Shown in pieces: positions 1 to 9,674 of a DNA stretch of 64,000 nt. The notes beneath the pieces were generated by a model. The model was given only the letters and a program-made list of their open reading frames with translations. It had not been told where the DNA came from and made no database searches. Position 1 is the stretch's first letter; every line of letters begins with the position of its first letter. Location: the NCBI RefSeq assembly GCF_006345805.1, contig NC_043002.1, forward strand, positions 20,460,001 through 20,524,000, given 5' to 3'. The translations under genes and the position numbers were made by a program. The stretch comes from Octopus sinensis (taxonomy: Eukaryota).

Positions 1-1067
1 ATGTCTTTTTTTTTTTTTTGCTTTGAATTCTTGTTTACTAACTCCAAGTTAACAACACTAAACTGTGTTAGCAGTACTAAATCTGTCACTTAACCAACAG
101 AACTTGTCTGTTACTCTAAAAGCTTGTAGTTTTTACATACTCTCGACTCTTGTCCCTTGCTAGCAACATAATAAAATGATTATTATTTATTGAGATGAGG
201 CTTCTGGCACCTTCACTGTTGGTCTTTCTTTATCATTATTATTAGTTTCCTTTTTTGAAAGAAACCCTTGTTGGCAAGGTGCAAAGGGGTGGATTGGCCA
301 AGAATTCTGCCTAGTCTATCTTTAGATCACTTAAGGGAGAATAAGATAAAGTAAATTAGAAATAAAAATAAACTATTAGAACATCTCTTGGTGCATCGTA
401 TTGCTCATAATGGTACTGCTCATGTATATGTTTGTGAATTTGTTGTATATATATGTGTGTATATGTTGTATATGTTATGTGTGTTCTGTGTGTAAATAAT
501 GGATTAAAACAGTGCTAGTGTTGTAGACATCGACCACACATACTCAGCATGTTTTGTTTGTTTGCTGGTTCGCTGTGGTATAGTACATGGAGTGGGGGTG
601 ACTCCCTCGTAACGCTGGGTGTTAAAAATACTTAAAATGTCTGAAAGTCATAGAGAGGCAAGACAACTCATCGATCCAATTCAGGAGTGATGGATACCAA
701 TATTTTGCCATTTTTGTGGCCTCTCATCATCATCATGTACCTGAATTGAACTGGGGACAATCTGAATCGCTAGTCTATAACTATATGTAAATACTATGAG
801 GCTGATAATTGCAAGAGCATCTGGTTGTAAAAAACCTGCCTCAATAAATCTCGTCTGATCCATTTAAGCATGGAAAACTGGCCATTAAAACTGATTAGGA
901 GTCCATCATGCCCGTGCATGTGTGTGTATATGTGTGTGTGTGTCACTTTCATCCCTCCCACCCCTCCACTGTATCACTATTGATATGCATGACATAGATT
1001 TAGCTGCCACTGACCTAGAGCTTATAGATTGTGAATCTCACTTGACCTGTCACTGGACCTTCTAGAT

Positions 1068-1260
1068 CAGGGCTCCAAAACCAGTATGCCACAGCACACT
1101 GGTGTACCAGGAGACGATGCTAGGTGTGTCGCAGTGTAACCTGATTATAATTTTTTTTTTTCCCCTATACTTTTTAGTTGTACTTTTAGCTCAGGTGTGC
1201 TGCCGAATTTTGAAAAGAATACAAGTGTGGCGCAAGTGGAAAAAGGTTGCGGAGCACTAG
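1068..1260. mobile_element. hAT (Charlie-like) non-autonomous MITE
   Basis: Degenerate TIRs CAGGGCTCCAAAAC ... GGTTGCGGAGCACTAG; flanked by 8-bp TTCTAGAT / ATCTAGAT, the NTCTAGAN target typical of Charlie hATs. Confidence 0.65.
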
Positions 1261-1597
1261 ATCTAGATGCATACTAAGTCAGGGTTAGTAGGAGTTACAC
1301 AAAAACAACAACAACAACAGCAGCAGCAACAACAACAACAACAACAACATTATTTGTTGCTGTTAATTATCCTTGGTCTTTTAATAGCCTGAAGTTAAAA
1401 ATAATATATATATGTGTGTTTGTATATATATATATATATATATACATATACATAACTCTGTGTACAAATAAATACAACATAAACAGAAAACCATACTCAC
1501 CCCTCCACCTCTCATTAACACCTCTTCCTAAAAATTCTTACATCTCATACATAGCTAACCTTGTATTTTGATGTTTATCATATATGACAGGTACGTT

Positions 1598-1628
<31 letters not shown>

Positions 1629-2103
1629 ACATAAATATACATGCACACACACACACACTCATACATATATGCATACATGTACATAGATATGCATATTTAT
1701 ATGTATATGTGCCCACACACACACATATATATATATGAATGTGTGTGTCTATAAATATAGATACATATATACACACTCATACATTCAGACATATATGAAT
1801 TACATATATAACTATCTTTTTAGGCATGTATGTAAATATAACTCTGTTTATGTGTGTATCTCTTTCTCTGTCTCTGTCTGTCTGTCTCTCTGTCTCTCTC
1901 TCCCTTTCTCTCTCTCTCTCTCTCTCTATCTATCTGTCTATCTGCACATAGATATATAACTGTGGATATTTATATCCATCCATATATATATATATAAATG
2001 AAAAAATACACATTCAGTACGGGACATCATCAATAAGCAGAAAACATGTAAACAAACAATGAGAGACAAGTATGGGACAATATATATATATATATATATA
2101 TAT

Positions 2104-2252
2104 TGGCGTTAGGAAGGGCATCCAGCTGTAGAAACACTGCCAGATAAGACTGGAGCCTGGTGCAGCCTTCTGGCTTCCCAGATCCCCGGTCGAACCGTCC
2201 AACCCATGCTAGCATGGAGAACGGACGTTAAACGATGATGATGATGATGATG
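2104..2252 (+). mobile_element. RTE LINE 3'-end fragment with (GAT)n tail
   Basis: GGCGTTAGGAAGGGCATCCAGCTGTAGAAAC...GGACGTTAAACGATGATG, the same terminus as the RT-bearing RTE copy at 17056-18945. Confidence 0.8.
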
Positions 2253-2275
2253 ATATATATACACACACACATACA

Positions 2276-4817
2276 CAGAGTGCGATGGGTACATTGATGC
2301 CATTTTATATTTTTAATTTCGAGCATGCACATTGTTTTTGATTTTGTTGACTCCACAGCATAGTAGGGTCAGTTGGGCACCATCCTTGAGAAAAACAGCA
2401 TCATGATGCAATTCACTCTGTCAGAAATTTGGAAACGACATGCTGTACTGCTTGGCATTTGTGCCAGAAGCTCCAATATGAACAGATAGTGAACTCACAG
2501 AACAACTACTCTTGGCTTGCCGTCTCCTCAGAACATGTACCGAGAGTGATAAAAATCAATTATTCAGTCAACATCATGGTGTTTGGATTGATCACTAGTG
2601 ATGGCAACGTTATGCCTCCATTCGTCTTCCCACATGGCTTCAGACTCAACATGGAGGCCTACATCAAGTGCCTGGAGGAGGTAGTGCTGCCCTGGGTGAA
2701 GAGGATGGCTGCTGGAAGACCCTATGTCTGGCAACAGGACTGCATCATGCCACACAAGCAAGAGAACATACTGATAGCTGTCAGACAATTTCTGTGAACA
2801 CATAATAATAATAATAATAATAATAATAATTGTGTACAGTGCTCAGGTGCACTACAACTCATCTAAAGTGTATATATATAAAGGTGTAGTTTCGACGGAT
2901 TTCGGGAAGCATGAGGGCCTTAAAGGATGCAGTGTCATGGCAGTCAACAACTGACGCAGGCAGTTTATTCCACGCTTCAGCAACCCTGAGCGTGAAAAAA
3001 TGTTTCCGAAAGTCATGGGAGCTGTGCTGTTTTCTGACTTTGTAGGCATGTCCACGTGTGTTAGACACATGGAGATCAAAAAGGTGTTCAGTGTTGTTGT
3101 TGGTGAGGTGGTTGATAACCTTGTGGGTGTTTACCAAGTCCGTCGCTAGACGCCGGAGCTTCAGTGAATCCATGCCCAGGGAAACAAGGCGCTCAGAATA
3201 TGGTAGGTGTCTGATGGAGGGTATGCGTTTGGTTGCACGTCTCTGGACAGATTCCAGGAGGTCAATGTTCTGAGCAAGATAGGGATTCCAAACTGATGAT
3301 GCGAATTCCAAGTGTGTCGTCGTACCATAGCTGTATACAGTTTTAAATAGATGGCTGGAGAGCGGCTAACAAAAGTCTTGCTGAGTGATGCCAAGACACC
3401 CTCGGCCTTCTTGACAATTTTAGAGATATGCTTTGTCCAACGCAAATCACTGCTGACAGTGATGCCTAGGTCACGCTCGCAAGAGGATTTCTTGATATCA
3501 GTGTTGTGGAGGGAGTATGTGGACGCAGGGTTTTTTCTCCCAAAATGCATGGTGGTACACTTGTCCACAGCCAGTTTCAGTTGCCAGTCTGTGATCCATT
3601 GCTGCATTGTGTCTAGGTCTGATTGCAGGAAAGAGTTGTAGACATCAGGATCAGTCCTCTTGATTTCAAGGTACAGCTTGATGTCGTCTGCATATTTCAA
3701 TACTGTGGCATTCTTTAAATTGGCATCTATGTCATTATTGTATTCCACAAACAGGAGGGGACCAAGGACAGATCCCTGTGGTACACCCGATGACATCTCA
3801 TATGGTGTAGAGTGCTGTCCTAGAACTGTGACTACCTCCTTTCGGCTGAGGATGAAGGATTTCAACCAGTTAAAAAGGTCATCCCCCCACACCCATTGCA
3901 GAGAGTTCACCATAAGCCTTTTGTGTGGCACAGAGTTGAAAGCCTTAGCAAAGTCAAGGTAGACAACATCCACCCATGAGCCACTGTCAGTGATCTGAGT
4001 AATGTCCTCAAGGAACTCGACAAGCTGGTCACTGCAGCTGGAGTTAGGGACAAATCCATATTGTGAGGGTCGGATGAGACTGTGAGAGCTCCAGAAGTTC
4101 CAGAGTGTTTCTCTGACACACGATTCCATCAGTTTTGCAATACAGCTAGTGAGACTGACTGGGCGATAGTTGACAGGTGATGTGCGGTCACCCTTTTTGA
4201 ACAGCGGAATGACACTGGCAGTTTTCTACTGCTCCGGAGTAGCACCATTGTTGAGACAGTACTGGAAGAAAATAGAAAGCTGGTGTAAAAGGAAGTGCCT
4301 GCCACGTTTGAGAAGCAGGTATGTAACTCCATCGAGACCAGGGGAGGCATAGTTGCGCTTATTTTGAAGGTGACGTCGCAGCATTGCAGGTGTAAATTCC
4401 ATAGTTGTTATGGAGTTTGCTGTTAGTGATGGTGAAGATGGTACATTTTGACTTTCGACAGTCTAAAATGTAACCACCTAACTCCACCGTCTGCAACCCC
4501 TTTGATTATTATGTGTGGGGTACATTTGAGTGAGAGACCAGCAAAATTCCTTGTAACACCAAAGATGAACTGAAGGCAAGGATTATGACAGCATTCATCA
4601 ACTTAAACAAGGAGACCATCCAGAAGAGTTGTAGGAGATTCCGAAGTTGCCTCAAGGCTCTTTGTAGTTGAACCCAATGGTGATTTTATTTAATAAATTT
4701 ACTTTAGTATTTCAAGTTATTTTTATGTAATTTTGGTAAATATATCTGTTAAAATGAGGTGTCAGTGTTATTTTGATTTTTCTGTAATTTAGACGACAAT
4801 ATATTCACTGCACCCTG
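2276..4817 (+). mobile_element. Degenerate Tc1/mariner (maT/DD37D-like) DNA transposon split by a CR1/L2 LINE
   Basis: ORF 2429-2797 has IMVFGLITSDGNVMPPFVFPHG...VLPWVK...YVWQQD; after the LINE the frame resumes near 4474 with PPNSTVCNPFDYYVWG (WPPxSPDLNPLDY-like). Degenerate TIRs CAGAGTGCGATGGGTACATTG / CAATATATTCACTGCACCCTG-TA. Confidence 0.8.
2802..4465 (-). mobile_element. 5'-truncated CR1/L2-clade LINE, reverse transcriptase pseudogene with frameshifts
   Basis: QYGF, YLDFAKAF, GVPQGSVLGPLLF, KYADDIKLY and C-terminal LESVQRRATK...FFTLRVAEAWNKLP spread over ORFs 3161-4129 and 2859-3311; (ATT)n 3' tail at ~2802-2830. Confidence 0.92.
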
Positions 4818-4828
4818 TATATGTATAT

Positions 4829-4878
<50 letters not shown>

Positions 4879-4966
4879 CATACATATATACATACTTTAA
4901 TATGCATACTTATATGTACTCACACACACATATATGGATGTATATTTGTGAGTGTGTGTATGTGTG

Positions 4967-5009
<43 letters not shown>

Positions 5010-5429
5010 ATTTAACTCTCTTTTTGTTTGTATGTGTTTTTGTTTACATCTTATCTTTGCTTGAAGCAAGGCTGTTGCTACTGCTGCTGTTGGTAATAAC
5101 GATGATGATGATGATTGTGGTGTTGGTGGTGTGATAGGTAGGTAGGTAGGTAGGTGGGTTGAGGAGAGGTCCCCTCCCCACTTCTGCCTCCCTAGGAATT
5201 CACTGACCTACTTTTGGAACCAAAACACCAGGTCTGTTATTTTTGTGTCATAGTGGTAGGGATGGTGGTTCTGGTGGTTGTAGTTGTAGTGGCGTTGGTG
5301 GGGGTTAATGTTCGTGCAGTGCTGGAAGTTTGTGGGACCAAAAATGCTGCGACTGGGTTGGGAGTTTATGATATGGTAGTTGGTATTATTAGTGGTATAC
5401 ATACATAGATATATACGTGTATGTGTGTG

Positions 5430-5457
5430 TGGTAGATATATATATATATATTATATA

Positions 5458-5504
<47 letters not shown>

Positions 5505-5815
5505 TACAGATGTATATATATATATATATACAGATGTATATATATATAGATACAGATGTATATATATATATATAGATACAGATGTATATATATATATATA
5601 GATACAGATGTATATATATATATAGATACAGATGTATATATATATATATAGATACAGATGTATAGATGTATATATAGATACAGATGTATAGATATATATA
5701 TATATAGATAGATAAATACAGATGTATAGATATATATATATATAGATAGATAAATACAGATGTATAGATATATATATATATAGATAGATAAATACAGATA
5801 TATAGATATATATTA
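5430..5815. repeat. (TA)n-derived minisatellite with recurring GATACAGATG unit
   Basis: Repeated TAGATACAGATGTATATA.. units embedded in TA runs. Confidence 0.85.
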
Positions 5816-5877
5816 TGTATGTCTATATATATATGTGTGCATGTGTGTATATATGTTTTTATATATACATATATATA

Positions 5878-6124
5878 CTGGGTTGGCCAAAAGTCACCTG
5901 ACAGTAAATCAAAACCATTTAATTCCAAGATTTATTTATGTTTAACAACTGAAGGATTTTAATAAAAGCAACTAAATATGAAACATAATGAAAATTGTTC
6001 AAACCGAAATCCTTCTTGAACAACACATTTTTCCAAACACATTTTTCCATTCAAGTCAATACAGAATAACAGATAATATTTATGGAATTTTGATTTACTG
6101 GTAGGTTACTTTTGGCCAGCCCTG
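5878..6124. mobile_element. Tc1/mariner-type MITE
   Basis: ~40-bp TIRs CTGGGTTGGCCAAAAGTCACCTGACAGTAAATCAAAA / TTTTGATTTACTGGTAGGTTACTTTTGGCCAGCCCTG, TA on both sides. Confidence 0.8.
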
Positions 6125-6180
6125 TATGTATGAATGTATGTGTGTGCATATATATATATATATACATTATATATATTTAT

Positions 6181-6299
6181 TTTATAGAAGGAGCTTCTAC
6201 AGGACTAGAACTGTTTCATTCAAAAGAAATCATCAGGAAGCTCCTGATGATTTCTTTTGAATGAAACAGTTTTAGTCCTGTAGAAGCTCCTTCTATAAA
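6181..6299. repeat. Near-perfect ~58-bp-arm palindrome, Penelope-like inverted terminus
   Basis: TTTATAGAAGGAGCTTCTACAGGACTAGAACTGTTTCATTCAAAAGAAATCATCAGGA-agc-reverse complement with one mismatch. Confidence 0.85.
6189..6245 (-). ncRNA. Type I hammerhead ribozyme motif
   Basis: Minus strand: AGGAGCTTC-CTGATGA-TTTCTTTTGAAT-GAAA-CAG-ttctagtc-CTG-TA-GAAGCTCCT; 9-bp stem I, CUGAUGA and GAAA cores, stem III ACAG/CTGT, GUA cleavage triplet; stem II weak. Confidence 0.65.
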
Positions 6300-6370
6300 A
6301 TAAATTAATTTACTCTGCTATGTATTGAGTACCTTATTTACTGTGGTTAACCCCGACTCAACCCGGGACC

Positions 6371-6437
<67 letters not shown>

Positions 6438-7019
6438 AGATATATGTGTATATAAATGTGTGTTGATATATATATATGTGACACTTTTGTTATCATCTGG
6501 AAAGAAGAGGATCTGCACAAAGACTTCAGTACATAATTTATTCGATGAATTACAGTGTTTTACAAACTTTCTCATTCCCATACAATATCCAGAGCAAGAG
6601 CCAGCAAGGAAGTGATGAGGAGGATATAAGAAGAGTGCGTGTAGGCTGACCAGGAAGAGAGGATAGGGAGACTACACTGGACTGTTTAGGTACTAATATG
6701 TCTAAATATTCATATATGCGGTAACCTTAGGTGTGTATGGCACTCATATGGATGCCTGCATGGAGGCATATAGTAGAAAGAGGGAAGTAAGCAAAATATG
6801 TACCCTTACCCTCATCACAGGAGGGGTGTACGAATTGCCAGTTGAAACTGTTCATTTACATTTAAATTAAAATGGCAGTGGTAGGGGAGGGCAGGTGGGC
6901 ATAATGGGTGTACAAACATGGACATTGTGTTCATGATCTGTGCGAATGAATATTAGTCTCCTGATTATTAATACCATGTTAATACACATATACATTCTAA
7001 TCAGCATATTTATTGCATA

Positions 7020-8728
7020 CCATTAATAATCTGCATTTTTTTCCCCAAAATTTAAAGGTCAAAATTCCTAGTGCGTACTATATACGAGGTTAAAAATGAA
7101 AAATATTTTCTAAGCAATGTCCAAGTCTCTATTTGCTGTGAGACTCATTTTGTGATGTTGGGTGCGAAAATACCTTAAGCTAAGCCTGAAAGCAATGAAG
7201 TCATAAAAGAATTGTCCATAACTTGCAGTAAGCAAGATTTATTAAATGTTATTACTGTTATTTCTTTATTTTCTGCAAACAAAATGCACAAAAATGCTAC
7301 ACGACACTTGTGAAGACCTTTTGAGGCAAGTGAAAATCAAGACAAATCAAAATAGATGAACATCAATGGAATTTGTATCGTTGTGATACCAGTACGGTGG
7401 CACACAAGAAAACCATCCGAACGTGGCTGTAGCCAGTACCGCATCGACTGGCCTCCGTGCTGTGGGCATATAACAAACACCATCCGATTGTGGCCGTTCG
7501 CCAGCCTCATCTGGCACCTGTGTCGGTGGCACATAAAAACACCATCCGAAGACCCGGCAAGACTAGTCAGGCCATAACCCGTGGCCCCTATCTGGGACGT
7601 AGTCAGTCCACCTGTGCATACCTTCCTTCCTTCTTGTGACACTTGTGAAGACCTGTTGAGGCAAGTGAAAATCAAATCAAATCAAATCAAAACAAATCAA
7701 AATAGATGAACATCAATGGAATTTGTATCTTTGTGGTACCAGTGCCGGTGGCACACAAGAAAACTATCCGAACGTGGCCGTAGCCAGTACCGCATCGACT
7801 GGCCTCCGTGCTGTGGGCAAGTAACAAACACCATCCGATCGTGGCCGTTTCGCCAGCCTCATCTGGCACCTGTGTCGGTGGCACATAAAAACACCATCCG
7901 AAGACCCGGCAAGACTAGTCAGGCCATAACCCGTGACCCCTACCTGGGACGTAGTCAGTCCACCTGTGCATACCTTCCTTGTGACACTTTTGAAGACCTG
8001 TTGAGGCAAGTGAAAATCAATCAAAACAAATCAAAATAGTTGAACATCAATGGAATTTGTATCTTTGTGGTACCAGTGCCGGTGGCACACAAGTAAACCA
8101 TCCGAACGTGGCCGTAGCCAGTACCGCATTGACTGGCCTCCGTGCTGCGGGCACGTAACAAACACCATCCAATCGTGGCCGTTCGCCAGCCTCATCTGGC
8201 ACCTGTGTCGGTGGCACATAAAAACACCATCCGAGCGTGGCCGTTCGCCAGCCTCGTCTGGCACCTGTGTCGGTGGCACATAAAAAACACCATCCGAGCG
8301 TGGCCGTTCGCCAGCCTCGTCTGGCACCTGTGTCGGTGGCACATAAAATCACCCACTACACTCTCGGAGTGGTTGGCGTTAGGAAGGGCATCCAGCTGTA
8401 GAAACACTGCCAGATCTGACTGGCCTGGTGCAGCCTTCGGGCTCCCCAGACCCCAGTTGAACCGTCCAACCCATGGTAGCATGGAAAACGGACGCTAAAT
8501 GAATGATGATGATGATGATGATGATTTGCATTATGTTATGTATACAATAACGATAAAGAATGTTACCTTATACATTTTTACAAATCAAGGACATTATATA
8601 GACCTCCTTGACTCAAGTTAGAGAAGGGGTGCGTATTATGCACAAGGTTTAAGTTTTTCAGAGGTACAGCCCCCTAAAAATCCCCTGCGTATTATACTCA
8701 AGGGCGGACTATACTCGAGGATTTACGG
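7020..8728. mobile_element. pogo/Tigger-like non-autonomous element interrupted by an RTE 3' region
   Basis: Right terminus GCGGACTATACTCGAGGATTTACGG-TA and internal TGCGTATTATACTC / TGCGTACTATATACGAG subterminal motifs on both sides of the insert; left TIR eroded. Confidence 0.5.
7303..8525 (+). mobile_element. RTE LINE 3' UTR with ~350-bp tandem triplication
   Basis: Unit GACACTTGTGAAGACC...CATACCTTCC recurs at ~7303, ~7638 and ~7983; ends in the RTE terminus and (GAT)n. Confidence 0.85.
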
Positions 8729-9096
8729 TAAACATTATAAAATTAGAGGGGGAGAGTGACATGTGACTTTGGCAAATGGGATATTTATTGAGAAAGGGGA
8801 AGTTTATAAAGACATCGACTGAGTCACATTTAAATAAAATAAAAACTTAGGAACTTAACTGTTAATTCAAGATGCGTTGTTACGTGAATGGCAATTGAAC
8901 AAGTGAGGATATTAGTGAAAAAAACTATTCCTTAAATATACGATCGAATGGAGTGCTAAGGGCCCTATCTGAACGGATGTGTCTCCACATACTTAAACAG
9001 ATGGGGTCGATAAAATAAGTACCAGTCAAGCATTGGGTTGATATAATTGACTTACCCAATCCCACGAAACTGCTGGCCTTGTGCCAAAATTTGAGA

Positions 9097-9131
<35 letters not shown>

Positions 9132-9359
9132 ATTATAATCATTATTAAGACAGCAAGCTGGCAGAATTGTTGGCATGCTGGGCAAAATGCAGAGTGGCAT
9201 TTTGTCCATCTTTACGTTCTGAGTTCAAGTTCTGCTGTGGTTAATTTTGACTTTTATCCTTTCAGGGTTGATAAAATAAGTACCAGTTGCATACTGGGAT
9301 CAATGTAACTGACTGCTTTCTTTCCCACAAAACTTCAGGCCTTGTGCCTTTAGCAGAAT

Positions 9360-9467
9360 GGATCATTATTATTATCATTATTATTATTATTATTACTACT
9401 ACTACTACTACTATTATTATTGTTATTATTATTATTATCATTGTTATGATTATTATTATTATTATTA

Positions 9468-9517
<50 letters not shown>

Positions 9518-9655
9518 ACATGGTAATGTATAATGATAAATATGCTGATTAAAATGTACATGCATATTAATATGGTATTAATAATTGATTATAATAATAT
9601 TATTATTATTAATAATAATAATGATGGTGATGATGATAATAGTAATGATAATAGT
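9360..9655. repeat. (ATT)n/(ACT)n trinucleotide microsatellite
   Basis: Direct reading; source of poly-I/N/Y ORFs. Confidence 0.95.
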
Positions 9656-9674
9656 AATTAAATATTATGACATC

